NCBI GenBank assembly: GCA_963678065.2
Contig: CAXXVZ010000002.1
Span: 608,001-672,000 of the forward strand
DNA from: Treponemataceae bacterium
GTDB taxonomy: Bacteria > Spirochaetota > Spirochaetia > Treponematales > Rectinemataceae
DNA: 64,000 bases
Reading direction: 5' to 3'
The translations under genes were made by a program, and so were the position numbers. Below are positions 39,841 through 49,576 of this stretch, one piece after another; the stretch's first letter is position 1, and every line of letters begins with the position of its first letter. The notes below the pieces were generated by a model. It made no database searches. It worked only from the letters and a program-made list of their open reading frames with translations, and had not been told where the DNA came from.

Positions 39841-40951
39841 AACTGATAAATCATTTTGAAGTAGTTTTCTGGAATATCCTCCAACCCAGGCCTTGGTGCA
39901 AATAAACTATATGAAAGTGTATGGCAAGGTTTAAAACCTAATACTTTCCCATGTTGTTCATAGATATTGCCTTCCCATTTTGTTATGAATTTGATTGTTT
40001 CACCTACCTTCCAAGTAGTTATCAAATCAGAACCGTACTGCCATTGCTTGACAAGATCTGCCCTTGTTAATGCCGCCCAAACTTTTTCCGGTTCACTGGT
40101 TATTGTTACACATGACATGCTTTTGCTCATTTTTTATCTCCTTCCCGGCCTTTTCGACCATTAAAAATGACGAACTTTAGCCTTCCTGCTCCGGTTCCTC
40201 CGGAACAGTCTATCCTCATCACCGTGGTTGACCTACTGTTTTATCATTCCTCCTTGTCCATAGGGTTCTCGTCTGGCAGTGGGTGATGTCGTTACCACCA
40301 TGCTACCAGATTTGAACCCCTTATTCGTGGACAGGAACCGGCACGTTCTCGTCGGCGAATTGGGGGCAATTTACCACCGGCGCCGACACCGTACCGGGCT
40401 GACCGTCTTCTGGAAGCGGCTGTCGTTCTCGCCGATCCTCCACATCATGGCGATTCGATACGGTTTCTCCGTCGTCGATCTGACCGATGATAAACTTGCC
40501 ACGATTTTCACCTCTTGTCAAAAATGGCATTCCGTACGATACCTAAATCAGCTCATCTACTTGGCATAGAAGGAGTAACGGGGGCCTCCTCACAAGGGAG
40601 CGCCCTTTGCTTTTATAGAGGACTGGTACTCCCGCTCCAGCTTGTCGCGCGAATGTTGCCAGGTCAACATATATGCCATCCAGGGAATGAAATAGCCATC
40701 ATCGAAGAATAGATGAACGTTCGGTACGTTTTTACCGTCCTCGGCAGTTGTCAAGTATTCCTTGACAACTGCCCGTTCCGAAAGCTCCCCTCGGAGAGTA
40801 TACCGATCCATCGACGGCCCAAAGGGATACTGTGACCTTGCCATCGTGCTCAAGATGGCAACTCTCATCGCAGTAAATATTGAAACCATTCACATTCATG
40901 CCGCATCCCCATTCCCATATCGAAGTCGACTGGCCGGCCAGTCGCGGCGGA

Positions 40952-42448
40952 TTACTTCAACGCCTCGTAGATCTCCTTGAAACTCTCGATGCCCGCCTCC
41001 AGGTTTTCGATGATCTCGCCCGCGAGGAGGTCGGGGTCTGGTAGGTTGTCCAGGTCGGTCAGACTCTTGTCCTTGATCCAGGTGATGTCGAGGCTGGTCT
41101 TGTCGCGGGTCGCGATGTCCTCGTAGCTGAACCTGCGCCAGCGGCCTTCGGGGCTGGTTTCGGCGTTGTAGGTTTCCTTGCGCTTGTTGATGTTGGCCGG
41201 GAGGTAGCAGTCGACGAAATCCTTCAGGTCTTCCAGCTGAAGTGGATTCTTCTTGAGGGTGAAGTGGATGTTGGTGCGGAAATCGTAGATCCAGATCTCC
41301 TTTGTCCAAGGCGTCCTGGCGGCCGGGTGGTTGTCGAAGAAGAGGACATTGGCCTTGACGCCCTGCTTATAGAAGACACCGGTCGGAAGTCTCAGGATTG
41401 TGTGGAGGTTTGTCGTCTCCATCAGCTTCTTGCGGACGGTCTCGCCGACGCCGCCTTCGAAGAGGACATTGTCGGGGAGGACGACAGCGGCGTGGCCGTC
41501 GGATTTGAGGAGGGTCCGGATGTGCTGGAGAAAGTTCAGCTGCTTGTTGCTGGTGGTGACCCAGAAATCCTGGCGGTTGTAGGTCAGGTCTTCGCTGTCC
41601 TGCTCGCCCTCCTCGTTGGTGAAGGTCATGCTGCTCTTCTTGCCGAAGGGAGGATTGGCCAGCACATAGTCGACCCGCAGTCCCGTGTCGGAGATGAGGG
41701 CGTCGGCGGAGGAGATGAAGCTGTCGCTCTCGAAGTCGCCGATATTGTGCAGGAAGAGGTTCATCAGGGCCATTCGACGCGTCGACGGGACGATTTCGTT
41801 GCCGTAGAAGGTCCGGTGCTTGAGGAATTCCTTCTGGTCCTTGTCCAGGGTATGGTTCGCGGGGTTGGCGATGAAGTCGTAGGCCGCGAGAAAGAATCCG
41901 CCGGTGCCGCAGGCCGGGTCGGCGATGGTTTTCTGCGGCTCGGGGCGCACGCACTCCACCATCGCGCGGATCAGGGCGCGGGGCGTGAAATACTGTCCGG
42001 CTCCGCTCTTGGTGTCCTCGGCGTTCTTTTCGAGCAGCCCTTCGTAGATCTTGCCCTTGATGTCCGCGCCCATCGTGCTCCACTGCTCTTTGTCGATCAT
42101 GTCGACGAGCTTGTAGAGCTTGGCCGGGTCCTGGATCTTGTTCTGGCTCTTGAAGAATATCTGTCCCAGCACTCCCTTGGCCTGGGAGAGTTCCCGCAAG
42201 AGGATGGAATAATGCGCTTCGAGTTCGGCGCCGCGCTTCGCGGTCAGGCTCTCCCAGTTGCAGGCCGCGGGAATGGGCAGTTTCCGGCTGTAGGGCGGGC
42301 GGCTGAACTCGTCGGCCATTTTCAGGAACAAGAGGAAGGTGAGCTGCTCCAGATAGTCGCCGTAGCCCACGCCGTCGTCGCGGAGCGTGTTGCAGAAGCT
42401 CCAGACCTTGCCGATTATGCTCGATGTGTTGTTGACTTCGTTGGTCAT
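40952..42448 (-). CDS. hsdM: Second type I N6-methyltransferase (EcoKI-like HsdM), no cognate S in window
   Basis: NTLRDDG...EQLTFLLFLKM, GQYFTPR, DPACGTGGF, NPPF. Confidence 0.88.
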   Translation of the reverse strand: MTNEVNNTSSIIGKVWSFCNTLRDDGVGYGDYLEQLTFLLFLKMADEFSRPPYSRKLPIPAACNWESLTAKRGAELEAHYSILLRELSQAKGVLGQIFFKSQNKIQDPAKLYKLVDMIDKEQWSTMGADIKGKIYEGLLEKNAEDTKSGAGQYFTPRALIRAMVECVRPEPQKTIADPACGTGGFFLAAYDFIANPANHTLDKDQKEFLKHRTFYGNEIVPSTRRMALMNLFLHNIGDFESDSFISSADALISDTGLRVDYVLANPPFGKKSSMTFTNEEGEQDSEDLTYNRQDFWVTTSNKQLNFLQHIRTLLKSDGHAAVVLPDNVLFEGGVGETVRKKLMETTNLHTILRLPTGVFYKQGVKANVLFFDNHPAARTPWTKEIWIYDFRTNIHFTLKKNPLQLEDLKDFVDCYLPANINKRKETYNAETSPEGRWRRFSYEDIATRDKTSLDITWIKDKSLTDLDNLPDPDLLAGEIIENLEAGIESFKEIYEALK

Positions 42449-43425
42449 GCGAGTTCCTTTCTGTTCAGGATGCTGATCACGACGTTTTTGACCGTCTCCA
42501 TCTCTTCGGGTTTGCTGACGGCGATGAACAGGGTGACGGCCGCGAGGGCATCGTTGCTGATGACGGGATTTCCGGATTCCGCATACAAAAGGCTGTTCTT
42601 TTCCATAAAGTAGAGAAAGCAGGCTGCCGCGATGCGCTTGTTCCCGTCGACGAAAGAGTGGTTCTTGACGATCAGATACAGCAGCATGGCGGCCTTTTCT
42701 TCCAGGCCCGGATACAGCTCGAGGCCTCCATAACTCTGATAGATCTGCCTGACCGAGCTTTCAAAGCCGTCATCCTTTTCCCTGCCGAACAATTTGGAGG
42801 CGAACTCGCTTCGCATGGACTCGATCACCGCCCGGTATTCATGGATCTCGACGACAATAGCGGGGCGTCTGGTCACCCCGGCAGTATCCAGTGTCTTGTG
42901 GTCGTAGTCATCCAGGAGGGAGAGCCCCTGCGCAAACTCCTCAAGCAGCTGCGCAAGGTTGCCTGCGTCGACAAGGTCTATCACCCGATGTTCGATCGAT
43001 CGGCGGAGTATGCTGATACCGTTTTTCAGGTCCCGTAGCTCCATGTCCCGCTCGGCAAGTCGTTTTTGGTTGATGGAGTAGCCGTCGACAAGGTATTCCC
43101 CGAGCCGTTTGGTGGCCCACTGGCGGAATTGGGTACCCTGTTTCGAGTTAACCCGGTAGCCGACGGAGATTATTACATCGAGATTGTAATACTCTACCTG
43201 ATAGGTTTTACCGTCAGTGGCAGTTGTTGCATTTTTTGCAACAACTGAAGTCTGATTCAATTCACCTTGTTCGAAAATATTCTTGAGGTGCCGGGAAATG
43301 GAGGATTTATCCCTGTCAAACAAGGATGCGATCTGTACCAAAGTAAGCCAGAATGATTCTTCTTCAAAACGTACTTCGACCTGAGTCTGCTTGTCCTCGG
43401 CCTGATAAATCAGAATCTCATTCAT
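42445..43425 (-). CDS. RhuM-like N-terminal domain fused to Fic/Doc
   Basis: YNLDVIISVGYRVNS...QFRQWAT; Fic motif HSFVDGNKRIA. Confidence 0.85.
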   Translation of the reverse strand: MNEILIYQAEDKQTQVEVRFEEESFWLTLVQIASLFDRDKSSISRHLKNIFEQGELNQTSVVAKNATTATDGKTYQVEYYNLDVIISVGYRVNSKQGTQFRQWATKRLGEYLVDGYSINQKRLAERDMELRDLKNGISILRRSIEHRVIDLVDAGNLAQLLEEFAQGLSLLDDYDHKTLDTAGVTRRPAIVVEIHEYRAVIESMRSEFASKLFGREKDDGFESSVRQIYQSYGGLELYPGLEEKAAMLLYLIVKNHSFVDGNKRIAAACFLYFMEKNSLLYAESGNPVISNDALAAVTLFIAVSKPEEMETVKNVVISILNRKELA

Positions 43426-43754
43426 ATCCGTTTCCTCCCCGGCACACCGCCAGCGCGAGTTGTCGCATTTTTTGCAACTTATAAAGGAGCGCCCTTTGCT
43501 TTCGTGGAGGACTGATACTCCCGCTTCAACTAGTCGCGCGAATGTTGCCAAGTCGGCATATATGCTATTCAGGTATTGAGATAGCCATTCATTCATTCCT
43601 GGAAGGCAGTGTGCGAAATTTGCACTATGCATTTTTTTGCATGATGCTTTTCGCTTACGGTCTGTCTTCCTTGAACCAGAATCGACGCCAGCTTCGTTGC
43701 TGAAGGAATTGTGCCACAAACCGTGGCACAATTCGATGGACCGAAACCAAGGCC

Positions 43755-46700
43755 TCATGCTTCCTTCTCGATTATGCTTCTATAAATTTCCTTCGCGAGT
43801 AACGGAAAAACCGTCTTCTGGAAGTTCGAGTCGTCCATGTAGCGGGTGACGATGCTGTCGTTTTCACCGATTCTCTGCATCATCAGGGATTCGATAATGG
43901 ACTTGATGCCGAGCTGAAATTTGTCGAGAGGATTGGCGCGGGCGGTCTGGATGATCCGCTCGTCCTTGGAAGCTTTTTCCTTTATCTGTTCGAAAAATAG
44001 CCGGTCCTCTTCCGAGAAGTCCGTTCCAAAGCGTTCGTTCACGGTCTGGATGATTTCGGAGAGCGGTTTTTCTTCGTCCTTCGATGCGCCAGTTCCTACA
44101 GCTGTCGGCGATTTGACGCCGTACTGTTCTTCCTTTTCCAGAACGATAGTTCCCGACGACACCTTCTCGATCCTGTAATACTGGAGTGCAACCTCTTTTT
44201 CAGGATGCGGATTCACTATGTCTTCGCCCAGTTCGAGGTGAGGCAGCAGATATCGGCTGTAGCTGTAAAGCATCTCCAGTTCCTGGTCGGTGTAGGGCAT
44301 GATCTGGCTGACGAAGGAATAGAACCCGGCAAAAGCCGTCAGTTTTTCGTAGAACGATTCCCGCTTTTCTTCTTCGAGCGCCCTGAAACGGTCCACCGCG
44401 GGCTGCACCATCTTTTCCATCCGCGCATGGTCCGAGGGATTTTGTCTGTACTGCGGCAGATAGAAAACATGGCAGAATCCGACAACTTCCGACCAGAGAT
44501 ATACCTGAAAGGCATTCAATTCATGTTTCAGCTTCTCGAGGTGGGCGGGATCTGATTCCTCCTGCAAGGTCGTCACATTGTAGTAGGGTTTGAAAGCCTT
44601 GTAGATATCTTCCGCTTCGTTGACGAAATCCAGGACGAAAGGCTCTTCCTTTCCGGCGCTCATCCGGTTGAGCCGCGAAAGCGTCTGCACCGCCTGCACG
44701 CCATCGAGCCGTTTGTCCACATACATGGCGCACAGAAGCGGCTGGTCAAAACCAGTCTGATATTTGTTGGCGACCAGAAGAACCTGATAATCGGATGAAT
44801 CGAACTTGTCCGGCAGCTGGGATTCGGTAATGTTCTTGCCGGTCACCACATCGATGTTCATGGAGGATTCTGTAAAATCAGCCTCGGTGTCGGGATCTCT
44901 CACCGTTCCGCTGAACGCGACGAGGGGCCGAATGTCGGAATAATGGTTCTCCTCGATGTATTTCTGAAAGGACAGCATATAGCGTACCGCATGGAGCCGC
45001 GACCCGGTGACGACCATAGCTTTCGCCCGTCCGCCGAGTTTCTGCCTCACATGCTCGCGGAAGTGTTCGACCATGATTTCAGTTTTCTGCTCGATGTTGT
45101 GGGGATGTAAGGCCATGAATTTGCCGAGCTTCTTCTGCGCCTTCTTTTTCGGCATGGCCGGATCGTCTTCTACGCTTTTCACCAGCTTGAAATATGTCTT
45201 GTAGGTTGTGTAGCGCTTCAACACGTCCAGGATAAAGCCTTCTTCGATGGCCTGTTTCATGGAATACGTGTGGAATGCCTCGGGTTTTCCGCTCGATCCT
45301 TTTCGGCCGAAAAGTTCCAGGGTTTTCCCCTTGGGCGTCGCGGTAAACGCGAAAAAACTGAGATTCTTCTGTCTGCCGCGGGATTCCATGACTCTATTCA
45401 GGCCATCTTCCCAATCCAGCTCGCGCTCCTCGCCCTCGGATATATTCTCGCCGAACTCTGTCCCCGCACCAAGGATCCGCTTGAGCTCGCGGGCCGTCTC
45501 GCCGGTCTGGCTGGAATGGGCTTCATCTACGATGACCGCGTACTTTCGGGCGGCGATCGCATCCTGCCACTCTTTCGCCTTGGCGATGGCTGTTTCTTCT
45601 GGACTGTCCGGATTGTCGGCGCCGGCGATATGCAAAAGGCCGCGAAGGATGAATGGGAATTTCTGCAGGGTAGTGATGACGATCTTGGTCCCGTCGACCA
45701 GGGCTTCCGCGAGCTGGCGGGAGTTTTCATCGATAGCCTTCACGACGCCCTGGGCGTGTTCGATCTGATAGATGGCATCCTGCAATTGCTTGTCCAAAAT
45801 TTTGCGATCGGTGATGACCACGACACAATCGAAAACCTTGGCGTCAGCCTCGGTATGAAGGCTCGAAAGTCTATGCGAGAGCCAGGAAATGCTGTTTGTC
45901 TTCCCGCTTCCGGCAGAATGCTGGATCAGATAGTTGTTGCCGGCCCTTTCCGATCGCGCGGAGCGAATCAGACTGCGAACCGCGTCTAGTTGGTGATACC
46001 GGGGAAAAACCAGCGTCTCTCTGGTGACTTTTTTGCGTCCGCCCGCTCCGTCATCGAGCGTTTCTTCGCTCGTTTCAAGAAAGGCAAAACTGCCGATGAT
46101 ATCCAGAAAGCTTTCCCGTTCGAGTGTTTCTTCCCAGAAGTAGCCGGTGCGGTGCCCCGATGGATGCTGGGGATTGCCCCTGCCGCAGTCGATTTCTCCG
46201 GGAGCGCTGCCGCGGTTGAATGGCAGGAAGTATGTTTTTTCTCTGTTCAGGCGGGTCGCCATATACACTTCGGCGGGATCGACCGCAAAGTGAACTATCG
46301 CCCCATTTTTGAACCGGAAGAGCGGCGCGCGGGGATCCCGATCGGCCTTGTACTGGGCTACGGCATGTTTCCAGGTCTGCCAAGTTGCCGGATTTTTCAG
46401 CTCAAGCGTAGCGACGGGTAGTCCATTGAGGGAAAGCACCATGTCGACAGTGCTGGAATCGGCCGGATGACAGGCCACCTGCCGGGTGACATGCAGAAGA
46501 TTCTTGCCATAGAGCTCGATCGTCTCCGCGACCAGTCCGTGGGCCGGTTTGAAAAACGCCAGCTTGAAGGTCTTGCCATAGAATTTGAAACCGTGACGTA
46601 TGATGTGCAGCGTTCCTTTGGTCTCGCGCTCCTTGACGAGCATATCCACCAGTTTGGATGACAGTTCGCCGCCATGGAGCTTTTCCATCTGCGCCCAGAG

Positions 46701-46853
46701 TCCGCCTTGAGTACTCTTGATGAAGGCGATGACATATTCAGGAAAAAGTGCGCCGGTTTTGTCCCAAACCAGATTTGATCCCGCGATCCAGCCTCGCGCG
46801 GCCATGGTCTCCTGTGTATAGGCCTCAAAGGCTTTCTCGGTTGTCGCTTTCAT
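43755..46853 (-). CDS. hsdR: Type I restriction endonuclease subunit R
   Basis: D...NGLPVATLELK, QHSAGSGKT, DEAH, FTATPK, QTGFDQP. Confidence 0.93.
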   Translation of the reverse strand: MKATTEKAFEAYTQETMAARGWIAGSNLVWDKTGALFPEYVIAFIKSTQGGLWAQMEKLHGGELSSKLVDMLVKERETKGTLHIIRHGFKFYGKTFKLAFFKPAHGLVAETIELYGKNLLHVTRQVACHPADSSTVDMVLSLNGLPVATLELKNPATWQTWKHAVAQYKADRDPRAPLFRFKNGAIVHFAVDPAEVYMATRLNREKTYFLPFNRGSAPGEIDCGRGNPQHPSGHRTGYFWEETLERESFLDIIGSFAFLETSEETLDDGAGGRKKVTRETLVFPRYHQLDAVRSLIRSARSERAGNNYLIQHSAGSGKTNSISWLSHRLSSLHTEADAKVFDCVVVITDRKILDKQLQDAIYQIEHAQGVVKAIDENSRQLAEALVDGTKIVITTLQKFPFILRGLLHIAGADNPDSPEETAIAKAKEWQDAIAARKYAVIVDEAHSSQTGETARELKRILGAGTEFGENISEGEERELDWEDGLNRVMESRGRQKNLSFFAFTATPKGKTLELFGRKGSSGKPEAFHTYSMKQAIEEGFILDVLKRYTTYKTYFKLVKSVEDDPAMPKKKAQKKLGKFMALHPHNIEQKTEIMVEHFREHVRQKLGGRAKAMVVTGSRLHAVRYMLSFQKYIEENHYSDIRPLVAFSGTVRDPDTEADFTESSMNIDVVTGKNITESQLPDKFDSSDYQVLLVANKYQTGFDQPLLCAMYVDKRLDGVQAVQTLSRLNRMSAGKEEPFVLDFVNEAEDIYKAFKPYYNVTTLQEESDPAHLEKLKHELNAFQVYLWSEVVGFCHVFYLPQYRQNPSDHARMEKMVQPAVDRFRALEEEKRESFYEKLTAFAGFYSFVSQIMPYTDQELEMLYSYSRYLLPHLELGEDIVNPHPEKEVALQYYRIEKVSSGTIVLEKEEQYGVKSPTAVGTGASKDEEKPLSEIIQTVNERFGTDFSEEDRLFFEQIKEKASKDERIIQTARANPLDKFQLGIKSIIESLMMQRIGENDSIVTRYMDDSNFQKTVFPLLAKEIYRSIIEKEA

Positions 46854-47219
46854 GCTTGACTCCGGTTCAAAATGATTTGAACTGTCAAGTATTCCTTGAC
46901 AGTTGACTCCGAAGAAAGCTCGCCTTCCCTGAAACAGTTGCCGATATGCAGGCTGATATTCTGCTTTTCACCGCTTCCTTCCATGACTTCAAAGGCTTTC
47001 TCGGTCGTCACTTTCATCCGCGTCCCCTGAATTTTTGATCTCATAGAATCTCATAAACAACTCATTCGATCTCATGGATTCTCATAATTTGAAACGACAT
47101 ATTCATTGTACCATAACTATTTATATAACATGGTATTCCGAGCGAATATAATATTTCGCTGATTTTATGAGACCGCTTGCCGGGGCCGAGTATGTCAGCA
47201 AGGTGCTGGCTGTTGATGA

Positions 47220-48557
47220 TCATACAGCCTCCCGCACATCGATTTTGCCAGTAACCGCGGCGCTTATAAGAGCCGTCCGGTATTCCTTGAGTTTCTCGAT
47301 GACCGTTTTCACTTTGGCGGAAAGGATGTCAATTTTGGAGGTTTCGCGGTCGAGAAAGGCGGCGATGGCTTGTTGTTCGGGGAGTGGGGGGAAGCAAAAA
47401 CGAAACTCTTTTACATAATCATCAGGCACACGTTTCTGTCCACCCGCCCCATACATCCAAGCTTCGCCATTTTTTCGAAACTCATCCGAAATAGACAAGT
47501 AATACAGATATTCCACATCAAGATCTTTGCCTGGTCGCATTACTGTGAGCTCGGTTGTCCCAAAACCGCACCCGGTTCCAAGACCACGCATAATTGCGCC
47601 TTTGCCATTTTCAAAGCAAGGAGTGATTTTCGCAAAGGCTACATCACCTTCTGCAAAGAAGGTATAGCCAGTGCTTACTTCCGAAATTGGTCTCGTAGCA
47701 TCCAATCTCAGTGAACCGTCGCCACCAACAGCTTCCATTGGCAAAAATGCGAGTTCTGTCTCAAAATCGAGGTGATTTGCTTCTTGTTTGCTTGGATTCA
47801 TGCTGAGCATATATCGCGATCTCTTCAACACCCAATGCTCCGGCACATCCCCCAGCCATTCCACGCTAGAGGGTTTCATCATGACAGTTGCATCCAGTCC
47901 CTTGGTGACAGCCCGGGAGATGAGCGTCGAGCGCTGTTCCGCCAGCAACTCAAGCAGACGCTCTTTCTTGCCGAGGAGCGCATCGATACGCCCCGTCTCG
48001 CCGTCGAGAAAGGTGGCGATGGCTTGTTGTTCGGGGAGTGGGGGGAAGCAAAAACGAAACTCTTTTACATAATCATCAGGCACACGTTTCTGTCCACCCG
48101 CCCCATACATCCAAGCTTCGCCATTTTTTCGAAACTCATCCGAAATAGACAAGTAATACAGATATTCCACATCAAGATCTTTGCCTGGTCGCATTACTGT
48201 GAGCTCGGTTGTCCCAAAACCGCACCCGGTTCCAAGACCACGCATAATTGCGCCTTTGCCATTTTCAAAGCAAGGAGTGATTTTCGCAAAGGCTACATCA
48301 CCTTCTGCAAAGAAGGTATAGCCAGTGCTTACTTCCGAAATTGGTCTCGTAGCATCCAATCTCAGTGAACCGTCGCCACCAACAGCTTCCATTGGCAAAA
48401 ATGCGAGTTCTGTCTCAAAATCGAGGTGATTTGCTTCTTGTTTGCTTGGATTCATGCTGAGCATATATCGCGATCTCTTCAACACCCAATGCTCCGGCAC
48501 ATCCCCCAGCCATTCCACGCCGCTGCTCTTGTATTTCGGATAGGCTCTCGTCTTCAT
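47220..48557 (-). CDS. hsdS: Type I specificity subunit with two identical TRDs
   Basis: SGVEWLGDVPEHW, PPLPEQQAIA twice, LISAAVTGKIDV. Confidence 0.93.
   Translation of the reverse strand: MKTRAYPKYKSSGVEWLGDVPEHWVLKRSRYMLSMNPSKQEANHLDFETELAFLPMEAVGGDGSLRLDATRPISEVSTGYTFFAEGDVAFAKITPCFENGKGAIMRGLGTGCGFGTTELTVMRPGKDLDVEYLYYLSISDEFRKNGEAWMYGAGGQKRVPDDYVKEFRFCFPPLPEQQAIATFLDGETGRIDALLGKKERLLELLAEQRSTLISRAVTKGLDATVMMKPSSVEWLGDVPEHWVLKRSRYMLSMNPSKQEANHLDFETELAFLPMEAVGGDGSLRLDATRPISEVSTGYTFFAEGDVAFAKITPCFENGKGAIMRGLGTGCGFGTTELTVMRPGKDLDVEYLYYLSISDEFRKNGEAWMYGAGGQKRVPDDYVKEFRFCFPPLPEQQAIAAFLDRETSKIDILSAKVKTVIEKLKEYRTALISAAVTGKIDVREAV
47361..48520. repeat. 506-bp exact direct repeat inside hsdS (47361-47866 = 48015-48520)
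   Basis: 654-bp offset, no mismatch seen. Confidence 0.92.
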
Positions 48558-49576
48558 CGTCCGCCCTCCTTCCGCTCAAGAGTCCGTTCCAGCTCTTCCA
48601 GCTGGGCCAGATCTTCCCGGTCAGCCTGGCTGGCTTCCTCTTCCACGCGGCGGGCGTTGAATTCGTTGTAGCGCTGGTGGGCGATCTCCACCATGGTTTC
48701 GTGGCTGATCCCGCCAGGACTGCGCAAGATCGGCTTTTCGTTGAACTCGAGGAGCCGGTCCACATTGTTCCGCCAGTACGCGAGCGAAAGCTGCTTGCGC
48801 TCCTTGACCCGCAGTTCGGCCTGCTCCAGAAAGATCACCACAAGGCGGTTGAGGGTATCGATCTCGTCGGCGCCGAGGTAATTCTTGGCGACGATGACAT
48901 CCTGCCTGCGCACCCGACTGCCGCTCCAGGTGGTGAGAGCCATATTCGGCTCATTGGGACTGGAACGGGAGACGACCAACTCCGCCGCCGTCGCGCCGGT
49001 CACGGCGTAGAGAAGCTTGTTCTGCACCTCCGCGAAGAAGAGCTGGGCGGCCTTCTCATCATCCTTGTAGTCGACACTCAGGGCGAAGAGGTCGCGGACC
49101 TTCTGGTAGAAGCGTTTTTCGGATGCGCGGATCTCCCGGATTCGCTCCAGAAGCTCGTCGAAGTAATCCAACTTGCCGGGATTCTTGAGCCGCTCGTCGT
49201 CCATCACGAAGCCCTTGATCAGGAGTTCCTTGAGCTTGGTCGTTGCCCATTTCCTGAACTGAGTTCCCCGTGGCGACTTCACCCGATACCCGACGGCCAG
49301 GACTGCATCCAGATTGTAGTAGGACACGTCGTAGATTTTACCATCAGCGGCAGTTGTCCGGAAATTCCGGACAACTGAAATCTCGTCCAACTCACCCTCG
49401 GTGAAAATATTCCGAAGGTGCTCGCTGATGGTTCGCTTGGATCGTTCGAAAAGCTCCCCCATGAGTGCCTGCGAGAGCCAGACAGTGTCCCCGGCGAGTC
49501 TGCACTCGATACGGTCTTTCCCGTCATCAGTATGGTAGATGATGAGTTCGCCACGGTTGTTCGACGATTCGCTCAT
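48554..49576 (-). CDS. RhuM family protein
   Basis: YNLDAVLAVGYRVKS, KGFVMDDERLK, IREIRASEKRFY, AKNYL. Confidence 0.9.
   Translation of the reverse strand: MSESSNNRGELIIYHTDDGKDRIECRLAGDTVWLSQALMGELFERSKRTISEHLRNIFTEGELDEISVVRNFRTTAADGKIYDVSYYNLDAVLAVGYRVKSPRGTQFRKWATTKLKELLIKGFVMDDERLKNPGKLDYFDELLERIREIRASEKRFYQKVRDLFALSVDYKDDEKAAQLFFAEVQNKLLYAVTGATAAELVVSRSSPNEPNMALTTWSGSRVRRQDVIVAKNYLGADEIDTLNRLVVIFLEQAELRVKERKQLSLAYWRNNVDRLLEFNEKPILRSPGGISHETMVEIAHQRYNEFNARRVEEEASQADREDLAQLEELERTLERKEGGR

Larger units (their letters stand above)
38306..40130 (-). pseudogene. SRPBCC/AHSA1-like gene interrupted by IS
   Basis: PEKVWAALT...WQYG; removing 38446-39844 restores MIYQLEEKNNETTL...LKELVERDL*. Confidence 0.85.

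Noticed and set aside
29759..40180. CRISPR array or complete integron
   Set aside because: Repeats are degenerate and separated by whole genes; no cas gene or tyrosine integrase in the window
40279..40569. 96-aa ORF, faintly transposase-like
   Set aside because: No diagnostic motif or termini
47361..48520. Diversity-generating retroelement TR/VR pair (also considered for the 518-bp repeat)
   Set aside because: No reverse transcriptase and no adenine-specific mismatches
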